Shown here: in pieces, positions 1 to 8,530 of the stretch | How the letters are laid out: every line of letters starts with the position of its first letter | Numbering within the stretch: position 1 is the first letter of the stretch | Notes under the pieces: generated by a model | Database searches by the model: none | What the model saw: the letters and a program-made list of their open reading frames with translations, nothing else | Told to the model about the DNA's origin: nothing | Source: Anaerolineae bacterium | GTDB lineage: Bacteria; Chloroflexota; Anaerolineae; B4-G1; SLSP01 | Direction: 5' to 3' | Length of the DNA stretch: 53,678 bases | Assembly: GCA_034434315.1 (NCBI GenBank) | Contig: DAOTZR010000057.1 | Coordinates: forward strand, 1-53,678 | Translations under genes and position numbers: made by a program

Positions 1-317
1 GCATTTGGTGAAGGCTGGGATGGGCATGGGATCGGCCCCGGCAGTCCTGGGGGCGCGGACGTCCCGTCCGCGTTTGCTGGCATTCGGACCACATCCGGGA
101 TGGATGCGCTCCCAGCATTTTCGGCGGTGTTTGACCAGGGCCAATCTTCTGGATCAGCCACCAGTCCGGCCTTGACCGGATTTGGGTGGATGTGTTCGAT
201 GACGGCGTCAAAATGCTTTTGGTTATGGATGAAACGGTCGCAGTAATCGGACATGCAGAAATCGCCAGTCTGGTTAATTTGATGCTGATCCCCTTTATCC
301 GAACCATGCTGGCGCAT
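1..317 (-). pseudogene. IS200/RAYT-like (Y1 HUH transposase family) C-terminal remnant, open to the window edge
   Basis: Manual minus-strand translation (absent from the ORF track because it runs off the window): MRQHGSDKGDQHQINQTGDFCMSDYCDRFIHNQKHFDAVIEHIHPNPVKAGLVADPEDWPWSN... This matches the C-terminal I..NPV+AGLV...DWP(W/F)S signature of REP-associated tyrosine transposases. The HUH/catalytic N-terminal two thirds cannot be present because prfB stops 22 nt upstream. The tail after WPWSN is P/G/S/A-rich with no stop. Confidence 0.4.
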
Positions 318-339
318 CCGGGCGCCAGCATGATTACCA

Positions 340-1426
340 TTACGCCTGGATGGAGGCCCGCAGGTAGGCTTCGATGAAGGCGTCGATATCCCCATCCAGC
401 ACGGCCTGGGTGTTGCCGGTTTCGTAGTCGGTGCGGTGATCTTTGACCATCTGGTAAGGGTGCAGGACGTAGGAGCGAATCTGGTTGCCCCAGGCGGCAT
501 CGCGGTGTTCGCCTTTCAGGGCTGCGATTTGTTCGCGGCGTTTTTCCTCTTCCATCTCGTACAGCCGGGCCTTGAGCACGCGCAGGGCGTTTTCGCGGTT
601 TTGGGTCAGTGAACGCTCATTCTGGCAGGAGACGATTAGGCCGCTGGGAATGTGATGGATGCGCACGGCGGTTTCGTTTTTCTGCACGTGCTGCCCACCA
701 GCCGAGGAGGCCCGGAAGGTCTCGATTTCCAGGTCTTCGGGACGGATCTCAATCTCAATGGTGTCGCCGATGTCGGGCCATACTTCGACCAGGGCAAAAG
801 ACGTGTGGCGCCGGTGCGCGGCATCGAAGGGGGAGAGGCGCACCAGCCGGTGTACGCCCCGCTCGGCCCGTAAGTAGCCGTAGGCGTACAAGCCGCGGAC
901 GTTGAGCAGAACGCTTTTAATACCGGCCTCTTCACCGTCGGTCTGGTCCAGGAACTCGACTTTATAGCCCCGGCGTTCGCACCAGCGCAGGTACATGCGC
1001 AGGAGCATGGCAGCCCAGTCCTGGGAGTCGGTACCGCCGGCTCCGGCGTGAATGGCCAGCAAGGCGTCGCCCTTATCGTGTGGGCCGGAAAGCAGCAGGC
1101 GGAATTCGGCCTGAGCATACTCTTTCTCCAGGCGCTCAACTTCGGCCTCCAGTTCCGGCAGGAGCTCCTCATCTTCCAGGGCCAGCAGCTCCTGGGCGTC
1201 GTAAATGGCCCGGCGCAATCGTGACCAGTAATCCACATTTTCCTGTAACGCAGCCAGGCGCTGCATCACCTCGCGAGCCTGCTGCGGATCGTTCCAGAGA
1301 TCAGGCGCCGCAGCCTGTTCCTCCAGACGTTTCATTTCTTCAATCTGGTCAGGTAAGTCAAAGTGACCTCCAGATAGTGTTGATGGATGAGGCCAGAGTT
1401 TCAAGTCTTTCTTGCAGGTTATTCAT
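340..1426 (-). CDS. prfB: Peptide chain release factor 2, made by programmed +1 ribosomal frameshift
   Basis: The 354-aa ORF carries the SPF tripeptide (RLSPFDA) and the GGQ motif (SSAGGQHVQK). The true N-terminus MNNLQERLETLASSINTIWRSL is in frame 0 from the ATG at 1426 and ends at an in-frame TGA (1360..1358). The +1 frame continues DLPDQIEEMKRLEE, giving about 361 aa when joined. Confidence 0.95.
1357..1371 (-). other. RF2 autoregulatory +1 recoding site: GGAGG-TCA-CTT-TGA-C
   Basis: The minus strand reads tGGAGG TCA CTT TGA C. The SD-like GGAGG (1371..1367) lies 3 nt before the slippery CTT (1363..1361), followed by TGA then C. This is the same architecture as the classical E. coli prfB site. 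Confidence 0.9.
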
Positions 1427-1454
1427 GCTTTTTCCCTCGTTACTCTTGAAAAGT

Positions 1455-2357
1455 TCATGCGTCTTTGCCCAACAGACCTTCGACAAAAGCCTCCCGGTCG
1501 AAGGGCGCGAAGTCCTCCAGTCCCTCGCCGGTACCGACAAAGCGCACGGGCAGGCCGAGCTGCTGGCCGATAGCCAGAACCATGCCGCCGCGCGCGCTCC
1601 CATCGAGTTTGGCGAGGATGATGCCGGTAACCTTAACCGCGGCCATGAATTGCCGGGCCTGGAGCAGGCCGTTCTGGCCCGTCGTGGCATCCAGGACCAG
1701 CAGGACTTCGTGTGGGGCCCAGGCTACGCGCCGGGCGATGACCCGGCGGATTTTTTCCAGCTCGGCCATCAGATTGTGCTGGGTATGCAGGCGTCCGGCG
1801 GTATCTACAATGACCGTATCCAGTTTACGCGCCTGAGCGGCTTCCAGCGCATCGAAGGTGACGGCGCTGGGATCGCCGCCCGCCGGCCCACTGATGACCG
1901 GCACGCCGACGCGCTCGCCCCAGACCTTGAGCTGCTCGATCGCCGCCGCGCGGAACGTGTCCCCGGCGGCCAGCAAAACCCGTCGTCCCTGGCGTTGCAA
2001 CATCGCCGCCAGCTTGGCAATGCTGGTGGTTTTTCCCGATCCATTGACTCCTACAATCAGGATAACGGCCAGCGGCCAGTCAAGGTTCAAAGGAGGCGCT
2101 TCGGGCAGCAGGGCCAGAATCTCCTGGCGCAGCAGGCGCTGCAGGTCCTGGGAGCGGATGATACCCTCCTCTTTTGCGCGCTGGCGCAGTCGGCTGAGCA
2201 ACACCTGGGTGGTTTCCACACCTACATCGCCCTGGAGTAGCAGGGCCTCCAGGTCCTCCCAGGTCTCCTCGGTCAGGTCGCCGGCTCCCAGCAGACTGCT
2301 GATTTGTCCAAATATGGTGTTGCGCGTCTTGCGCAGGCTTTCAAAAATGCTCTTCAT
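1455..2357 (-). CDS. ftsY: Signal recognition particle receptor FtsY (NG domain only)
   Basis: SRP-GTPase motifs [15 protein letters not shown] (G1), DTAGRL (G3) and [11 protein letters not shown] (G4/G5 region). 300 aa. Confidence 0.93.
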   Translation of the reverse strand: MKSIFESLRKTRNTIFGQISSLLGAGDLTEETWEDLEALLLQGDVGVETTQVLLSRLRQRAKEEGIIRSQDLQRLLRQEILALLPEAPPLNLDWPLAVILIVGVNGSGKTTSIAKLAAMLQRQGRRVLLAAGDTFRAAAIEQLKVWGERVGVPVISGPAGGDPSAVTFDALEAAQARKLDTVIVDTAGRLHTQHNLMAELEKIRRVIARRVAWAPHEVLLVLDATTGQNGLLQARQFMAAVKVTGIILAKLDGSARGGMVLAIGQQLGLPVRFVGTGEGLEDFAPFDREAFVEGLLGKDA

Positions 2358-2428
2358 ATCTTAAAAATCCCTTAATCCATAGCAGGTGATGCGGTTTTCA
2401 TGCTTTTTCCTGGCGGAACTGAAGGACA

Positions 2429-2923
2429 TTACAACAGGGTGCGCGGGTCTGGGAATTGCCTGGGCCGCAGAAGCCGCACGGCGTCGGCATAACCTTCGGC
2501 TTCCATGGCATATGGATTGACCTGACGCACGTGGCGGATGGCCTGATCGGGTTCCAGGCTGCGGTAGAGGACCAGATACCCGGCCAGGACAGCGCCTGTG
2601 CGGTCTCGCCCGGCGTAGCAGTGCACCAGTGTGGGGATATGCGCCTGGAGTAACGCATCCAGTTGGCGCCATACTGGCAGGGCCTGGTAGATGAAGGCCT
2701 TCTGCAATCCCGAACTGCTTAGCAAGATGGGCGGGAAAGCGTAGCGATAGTGCTGGAAGGGATAACCGTTCAGGTCGTCCACCGGAACTTCTTCAGCCAG
2801 GGATATGATAGCGCCGATGCCCCCGGCATACAGCTCCGCCGGGTCCCACGGTGCATAGGTGGGCCCCGGTCTTCCGGCTAAAAGGCCTTCTAAAACCCAA
2901 TAGACTGATCGCATGGCCGTCAT
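2429..2923 (-). CDS. Dual-specificity / protein-tyrosine phosphatase (CX5R)
   Basis: Active-site loop VHCYAGRDRTGAV (HCX5R-T). 164 aa. Confidence 0.75.
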   Translation of the reverse strand: MTAMRSVYWVLEGLLAGRPGPTYAPWDPAELYAGGIGAIISLAEEVPVDDLNGYPFQHYRYAFPPILLSSSGLQKAFIYQALPVWRQLDALLQAHIPTLVHCYAGRDRTGAVLAGYLVLYRSLEPDQAIRHVRQVNPYAMEAEGYADAVRLLRPRQFPDPRTLL

Positions 2924-3202
2924 TCTACCTGATTGCAGTCAGAATTCAAGTGGAAAAAGTAACTGCCTGTGGAAAATGCGCTAAACTATTGCCGATTTTC
3001 TTTCCTCACTCAGAGACACGAAGCCATAAAGATTCATTGCTCCATGTCTCGGTGTGAATCAGACTGAAAAGTCTGCCCTGTATCGCCCCTTTGGGGTAGG
3101 GTGGGTAGATACTGGAAAACGCCATAATCAAGCCGGTGACTTTACCGCTCAAGGCTCTGAAGCACCCAGGTGTGGATCGGAAAAGCCCCTCTCCAGATAG
3201 AG

Positions 3203-3230
3203 TTGCGGCTTTGGTGATTGGGCTTATAAT
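3203..3230 (+). promoter_or_regulatory. Putative sigma70-type promoter for the lepB pair: TTGCGG-N16-TATAAT
   Basis: TTGCGG at 3203..3208 and TATAAT at 3225..3230, with a 16-nt spacer. It lies 64 nt upstream of the 3294 ATG. Confidence 0.5.
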
Positions 3231-3293
3231 GCTTTTCAATCAAGGGCTGAGAGTATCAGTTCCTGCAAAAGAGTTGGAGATAGAAAACGAAAT

Positions 3294-3881
3294 ATGTTGA
3301 GTGTTGATGCCCATGTGCCCAGGACACCAGTATGGCGCTCCTGGTTGACGGAGGTCGCTATGACCCTGCCGGTCATCCTGGTCCTGCTCTTGGGACTTAA
3401 CCTGATTAGCGGGCGTTATCAGGTCCATGGCCAGAGCATGGTCCCTACGCTGACCGATGGAGAGTTCGTCCTGGCCAGTAAGGTGAGCTATTGGTTCGGC
3501 CAGCCTCAACGGGGCGACGTCGTTGTAGTACGCCCGCCCCAGACGAACGGCACCATGCCTTACATCAAGCGCATCATCGGACTTCCCGGTGAGCGCGTGA
3601 CCATTCGGGATGGGCGGGTTTTCATCAATGGCGTAGTACTCAACGAACCTTACGTCAGCGGCCCACCCTTGTACAACGGAGAATGGCTGGTAGGGGAGGG
3701 GGCGTACTTTATCCTGGGTGACAATCGCAACAATTCCAGCGATTCGCACGCCTGGGGCACCTTAACACGTGATCACATTATCGCCAAAGCTATACTGGGC
3801 TACTGGCCGTTGGACCAGATGGGATTTCTCTTGTACGACCGCTACCCGGAGCTTATGGCACAGGGGAATGAACATGAGTGA
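3294..3881 (+). CDS. lepB: Signal peptidase I (copy 1)
   Basis: N-terminal TM helix, catalytic Ser box GQSMVPTL, Lys box YIKRIIGLPGE, and GDNRNNSSDSHAWG. An alternative start at 3360 (GGAGG-preceded ATG) would truncate the TM lead-in. Confidence 0.9.
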   Translation: MLSVDAHVPRTPVWRSWLTEVAMTLPVILVLLLGLNLISGRYQVHGQSMVPTLTDGEFVLASKVSYWFGQPQRGDVVVVRPPQTNGTMPYIKRIIGLPGERVTIRDGRVFINGVVLNEPYVSGPPLYNGEWLVGEGAYFILGDNRNNSSDSHAWGTLTRDHIIAKAILGYWPLDQMGFLLYDRYPELMAQGNEHE

Positions 3882-4521
3882 CCCGGAAATGACACTGGCC
3901 GACCTGAAGGCTCCCTCTGAAAACACTATTGGCGTTGATGGTGATGCGTTGGAGCCTGTTGAAGAGAAACGGAGCGTTGCTTCGGGTACGCGCACCTGGT
4001 TGGATGAGCTGCTCGAAACCCTGCTCATGGCGGCGGCCCTGTTTTTCATTATCAACCTTTTCACAGGGCGCTACCAGGTCCTCTCCATCAGCATGGAACC
4101 AACGCTTCACGAAGGGGAGTATGTGATTGCCTTGAAATCGGCTTACTGGTTTGCCGACCCTCAGCGCGGGGACGTAGTGGTCTTCCAACCCCCATCCGGC
4201 AATGGCACGGTGCCCTACATCAAGCGGGTGATTGGCCTGCCCGGTGACGAAATCGAAATCCGCGCCGGGCGTGTCTGGGTCAACGGTACAGCGCTGGATG
4301 AGCCCTATATCGCCCAGCCGATGGCGTATGAGGGGACCTGGGTTGTGCCCCAGGATACCTATTTTGTGTTGGGGGATAATCGCAACAATTCCAGCGATTC
4401 TCACATCTGGGGCGTGATTCCCCGTGCCAATATCATAGCCAAAGCGGTCTTTCGCTACTGGCCCTTTAACCGTTTGGGCGTGATTCAACATTACACCTAT
4501 GGAGTGAAAGCGACGGAGTGA
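3874..4521 (+). CDS. lepB: Signal peptidase I (copy 2, tandem paralog)
   Basis: SISMEPTL, YIKRVIGLPGD and GDNRNNSSDSHIWG. The start is taken at ATG 3874 (or 3868), overlapping the copy-1 stop (3879..3881). The upstream part of the 250-aa ORF is read-through of copy 1 in another frame. Confidence 0.88.
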   Translation: MSDPEMTLADLKAPSENTIGVDGDALEPVEEKRSVASGTRTWLDELLETLLMAAALFFIINLFTGRYQVLSISMEPTLHEGEYVIALKSAYWFADPQRGDVVVFQPPSGNGTVPYIKRVIGLPGDEIEIRAGRVWVNGTALDEPYIAQPMAYEGTWVVPQDTYFVLGDNRNNSSDSHIWGVIPRANIIAKAVFRYWPFNRLGVIQHYTYGVKATE

Positions 4522-4523
4522 TT

Positions 4524-5187
4524 ATGAAACGCGATGAACTGGCGCGCATGATTGACCATACGCTCTTGAAACCGGAAGCCACGCCGGCTGATGTGCAGCG
4601 GGTGTGCGAAGAGGCCCTGCGCTATCATTTTGCCTCGGTGTGCGTCAATCCTGTTTTTGTGCCGCAGGTGGCGCAGAGCCTGCGGGGTAGTGATGTGAAA
4701 GTCTGCACCGTGGTGGGCTTCCCGCTGGGCGCTACCAGCACCGCGGCGAAAGTCTGCGAAACGGAAATCGCCCTGGCTCAGGGGGCCCAGGAAATTGACA
4801 TGGTGCTGGCTGTTGGGCTGCTCAAAGCCGGGGACCTGCGAGCAGTGGAAGCGGACATTGCGGCTGTGGCGGCTGTCTGTCGCGCGCACGGCGCGTTGCT
4901 CAAGGTCATCCTGGAGACCGCGCTGCTCACCGACGAAGGAAAAATTGGCCTGCCAGCTCGCCGTCTCTGCCGGTGCGCACTACGTAAAGACCTCGACCGG
5001 CTTCTCCCGCAGCGGCGCGACGGCTGCCGACATCGCCCTGATGCGCCGCACCGTCGGCCCGCACATCGGCGTTAAAGCTTCGGGAGGCGTGCGCACCTAC
5101 GCCGATGCCCTGGCCATGATCGAGGCGGGGGCTTCGCGCCTGGGGGCCAGCAGCAGCATCGCCATCCTGGAGGGATGCCCTGACTGA
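4524..5187 (+). pseudogene. deoC: Deoxyribose-phosphate aldolase interrupted by a 1-nt insertion (or sequencing error)
   Basis: The N-terminal part lies in ORF 4518..5075 (MIDHTLLKPEAT...VCVNP...VVGFPLG...IDMV...[13 protein letters not shown]). The C-terminal part lies in ORF 4795..5187 ([22 protein letters not shown]...VKASGGVRT). The frames join cleanly if G4938 is skipped. Confidence 0.85.
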
Positions 5188-5210
5188 AACAGGGGGAACG
5201 GGGGGAAAAC

Positions 5211-5483
5211 GTGATGTACGTATGTCCGGTTTGCGGCTATGGCCGACTGCGCTCGTACCGCAGTATCTACGCCCGGCGTTGGGGGGAAAGCTTCGTGACC
5301 ATGCCGAATTTTCCCGCCTGGCGCTGTGATCACTGCGGTTACACCCGCTATGATGCCCCAGCCCTGGCCCAGCTGGATTTGCTTTTAGGGCCGGATGAGG
5401 ATGATCTGACGACGCAGAGCACGCAGCCGCAGGTGAGTGGCAATGGGCCGGCCGGGCGTGGACCGCGCCGTTGGTCCTTTTAA
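5211..5483 (+). CDS. YgiT/MqsA-N-type zinc-ribbon protein (no HTH domain)
   Basis: Two CxxC pairs (CPVCGYG ... CDHCGY) with the FPAWRCDHCG spacing typical of YgiT-type zinc fingers. 90 aa. Confidence 0.6.
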   Translation: MMYVCPVCGYGRLRSYRSIYARRWGESFVTMPNFPAWRCDHCGYTRYDAPALAQLDLLLGPDEDDLTTQSTQPQVSGNGPAGRGPRRWSF

Positions 5484-5491
5484 CATGCGAG

Positions 5492-5514
5492 GGGGAGCTA
5501 CGGCTCCCCTTTTT
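5492..5514 (+). terminator. Intrinsic terminator
   Basis: GGGGAGC-tacg-GCTCCCC followed by TTTTT, starting 9 nt after the zinc-ribbon gene stop. Confidence 0.75.
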
Positions 5515-5539
5515 ATGCCTCGGCTTTCTGGAGGAGCTT

Positions 5540-6973
5540 ATGGACGACCCCAAAGCGCGGACCATTGATCGCAAAAGCCGTTTTGCTCTTCCGCCTCAGC
5601 GCGCTGAACTGCGGTCACCCGAAGAGCGACGGCGGGATTTCAACCCCATCACCATTCCCATGACCCTGACCCAGGCTCAGGCTGAGGCCAGCCGCTGCCT
5701 GCACTGTACCCCGGCCCCTTGCCAGCAGGCCTGTCCGATCCACAACGCCATCCCCGTGGCCCTGGGTTTTCTGGAAGATGGGGACCCTGTTCGTGCGGCC
5801 CAGGTTTACCTGGAGACCAATCCTTTTCCCGCCATCTGTGGACGGATTTGCCCCACAACCTTTTGTGAAGAAGCCTGCGTCCTGGCTAAGGTGGGTAAAC
5901 CGCTGGACACCCGGGCTTTAGAGGCCTTTGTGGCGGATGAAGCCAGCCGGCGAGGAGCGCTTCCCTCTTCGGCGCGGTCTGCCGGTATGCCGGGGCGGGT
6001 GGCGGTTGTGGGTTCAGGCCCAGCCGGTCTGACCGTGGCCGACTACCTGGCGCGGCGCGGTTACAATGTCCATGTTTACGAGCGCCATCCCTTCCCCGGC
6101 GGCCTGCTGCGTTACGGCATTCCCGGCTTCAAACTGGAGCCGCAGGTGGTGGCTCAGACCATAGCCGACCTGGAAATGCTAGGGGTAGTTTTTCATACCA
6201 ACATCACCGTGGGCCAAACTATAAGCTGGGAGGACCTGCGTACCCATTACGATGCCCTGTTCCTGGGTCTAGGCACGTCGGCCTACAGCCTGCCTGGCAT
6301 ACCCGGCGAAGACCTGCCCGGGGTTTACGGTCCTACTGAGTTTCTCGTGCGCGGTATGGTCGCTCCGGAACTTTTGCCGGAAATCTGGCAGGGCCCCTGG
6401 CAGGTTGGACCGCGCGTCCATGTCCTGGGCGGGGGCGATACCGCCATGGACTGTTTGCGCACAGCCTTGCGCCTGCCCGGCGTTCAGGAAGTCACCTGCT
6501 ACTATCGCCGCAGCGAAGCAGAAATGCCCGCGCACAAAGCCGATTACACCCATGCGCTGGAAGAGGGGGCGCGCTTTGAATGGCTAACCGCGCCGGTGCG
6601 GTTCGAGGCGGGCCCAAACGGACGTGTAGCCCGTGCTGTCTACCAACGGATGACTCTGGGCGCACCGGATGCGAGTGGGCGTCGCCGTCCCGAACCCGTG
6701 CCCGGCTCGGAATTCAGCGTGGACGTAGATACCGTCGTTCTGGCCCTGGGCTATCAGCCCGAAAGCGAACTGCTGCCAGATGGTATACAGATCACGCGCA
6801 AAGGATTGATTGCGGTGGATGGGGCCGGACGCGCGAATCTGCCCGGCGTCTTTGCTGCTGGCGACGCGGTGCGCGGGGCCGATCTGGCCGCACCTGCCAT
6901 CGCCGACGCGCTGCGCGCTGCGCGGGCGATGGAGGCCTATCTCCAGGCCAGGCAGATGACTGATGGAAGCTGA
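5540..6973 (+). CDS. Glutamate synthase small-subunit-like FAD/NAD(P)H oxidoreductase (GltD family)
   Basis: N-terminal Fe-S Cys cluster CLHCTPAPCQQACP...CGRICP and dinucleotide fold VAVVGSGPAGLTVADYLARRG, with a second fold VLGGGDTAMDC. The start at ATG 5540 is preceded by GGAGGAG. No large subunit is adjacent. Confidence 0.8.
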   Translation: MDDPKARTIDRKSRFALPPQRAELRSPEERRRDFNPITIPMTLTQAQAEASRCLHCTPAPCQQACPIHNAIPVALGFLEDGDPVRAAQVYLETNPFPAICGRICPTTFCEEACVLAKVGKPLDTRALEAFVADEASRRGALPSSARSAGMPGRVAVVGSGPAGLTVADYLARRGYNVHVYERHPFPGGLLRYGIPGFKLEPQVVAQTIADLEMLGVVFHTNITVGQTISWEDLRTHYDALFLGLGTSAYSLPGIPGEDLPGVYGPTEFLVRGMVAPELLPEIWQGPWQVGPRVHVLGGGDTAMDCLRTALRLPGVQEVTCYYRRSEAEMPAHKADYTHALEEGARFEWLTAPVRFEAGPNGRVARAVYQRMTLGAPDASGRRRPEPVPGSEFSVDVDTVVLALGYQPESELLPDGIQITRKGLIAVDGAGRANLPGVFAAGDAVRGADLAAPAIADALRAARAMEAYLQARQMTDGS

Positions 6974-7032
6974 ATCCAGCCGAGTGGCCCTGAAGCTGGA
7001 GAGTGTGCGACAATGACCTTGAGGAGGGATCT

Positions 7033-8313
7033 ATGCCGGTTACGGTTTTAGTAGGTGCTCAATGGGGGGATGAAGGTAAGGGGCGCGTTGTGGATGACTA
7101 TGCCGCGCGGGCGGACATCGTGGCGCGCTACAACGGCGGCGACAATGCCGGGCACACCATCGTGGCCGAGGGGCACACGCTGGCTTTACATCTGGTCCCT
7201 TCGGGGATTTTGTACCCGCACGTCGTCAATCTCATCGGTGCCGGGACGGTGGTCAATCCCCTGCGACTGTTGGAGGAAATCGCCATGCTGGAAGCGGCAG
7301 GCATCCCCGCCGGACCGGACCGCATTAAACTTTCCGCCGCGGCGCACCTGATTTTACCCACGCATCGCGCGCTGGACGGGGCGCATGAGAGCCGCCTGGC
7401 CGGACGGGCTATTGGCACGACCCAGCGTGGCATCGGCCCGGCCTACGCCGATAAAGCCGCGCGCATCAACCTGCGGGCCGGACAAATGCGCGATCCCGAC
7501 GCTTTCGCCAGCGCCGTTGAGGCGCTGTTGAGTACGCACAATGCTTATCTGGAAAAGCTATATGGCCTGCCCAGGGCCGATATTCCCCAGGCCGTGGCAG
7601 CGTTACGTCAGGCAGCGCAGCAACTTGCCCCCTATCTGGTGGATGGATCGCAATGGGTCGCCCAGGCGCTGGCCCTGGGCCAGCGCATCCTGTGCGAAGG
7701 GGCGCAGGGCACGCTCCTCGATCTGGATCATGGCACTTATCCTTACGTGACCAGCTCTTCGACCATCGCCGGCGGCGCCCTGACCGGCCTGGGGTTTGGC
7801 CCTGGCACCGTGGACAATGTCATCGGCGTGGCAAAGGCCTACACGACGCGCGTCGGTGCCGGGCCTTTCCCCACCGAATTGCTGGATGAGACTGGCGAAC
7901 GGCTACGCCATATCGGTCATGAGTACGGCACAACAACCGGGCGTCCGCGTCGTTGTGGCTGGCTGGATGCGGTAATTCTGCGTTACGCGGCCCAGGTCAA
8001 TGGGCTTACCGGCCTGGCTCTCACCAAGCTCGACGTGCTGAGCGGACTTCCCGAATTGAAGATCGCCGTGGCTTACGACTATCATGGAAAGCGGGTGGAA
8101 CATTTCCCGGCGGAATGGGGCAGCGCCGTGCTGGCGGATATGACGCCGATCTATGAAACGCTTCCGGGATGGGGTGAGGACCTGAGCCAGATGCGTCGGC
8201 GCGAGGACCTGCCGGACGCTGCTCAGCGGTATCTGGCGCGCATCGAGGAACTGACAGGCGTGCCAATTGTCTTTATCGGGGTAGGGCCGGCGCGCGAAGC
8301 CTTTATCCGCTAG
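7033..8313 (+). CDS. purA: Adenylosuccinate synthetase
   Basis: GAQWGDEGKGRVVD P-loop, GTTQRGIGPAY, GTTTGRPRRCGW and TKLDVL. The start at ATG 7033 is preceded by GAGGAGGG. Confidence 0.95.
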   Translation: MPVTVLVGAQWGDEGKGRVVDDYAARADIVARYNGGDNAGHTIVAEGHTLALHLVPSGILYPHVVNLIGAGTVVNPLRLLEEIAMLEAAGIPAGPDRIKLSAAAHLILPTHRALDGAHESRLAGRAIGTTQRGIGPAYADKAARINLRAGQMRDPDAFASAVEALLSTHNAYLEKLYGLPRADIPQAVAALRQAAQQLAPYLVDGSQWVAQALALGQRILCEGAQGTLLDLDHGTYPYVTSSSTIAGGALTGLGFGPGTVDNVIGVAKAYTTRVGAGPFPTELLDETGERLRHIGHEYGTTTGRPRRCGWLDAVILRYAAQVNGLTGLALTKLDVLSGLPELKIAVAYDYHGKRVEHFPAEWGSAVLADMTPIYETLPGWGEDLSQMRRREDLPDAAQRYLARIEELTGVPIVFIGVGPAREAFIR

Positions 8314-8328
8314 TGCTTTGGACTGTAT

Positions 8329-8385
8329 GCCGCCTGTTTCGCCGAGTCGTCGGGGGACCGGCTTTGCGGACAGGCGGCTTTTTTT
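8329..8385 (+). terminator. Putative intrinsic terminator after purA
   Basis: GCCGCCTGT (8329..8337) pairs with ACAGGCGGC (8370..8378) and is followed by TTTTTTT. The 32-nt loop is unusually large. Confidence 0.55.
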
Positions 8386-8530
8386 GTGCTGGATCAGGCC
8401 CCGTCATGTCAGGGAACTTGTCTTGCCAGCAGCGAAAGGGGTGATGATAGGACTGATCAGGTCAGCGCCGCCCTTTCTAAGGGTTTGAGGCAGAGACCTG
8501 GCTGGGCCAGAATGATGCAGTTTTGTCCGC

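Noticed and set aside
1080-2240. 386-aa plus-strand ORF spanning the prfB/ftsY region
   Set aside because: It is antisense to two genes with unambiguous motifs. The product is P/R/G/A-rich and low in complexity, which is typical of shadow ORFs in GC-rich DNA.
3006-3239. 77-aa minus-strand ORF in the phosphatase/lepB spacer
   Set aside because: It has no RBS and no recognisable motif, and it overlaps the predicted lepB promoter. I treated it as non-coding.
4518-5187. Treating ORFs 4518..5075 and 4795..5187 as two separate genes
   Set aside because: They are the N- and C-terminal halves of one DeoC, separated by a 1-nt frameshift near 4938.
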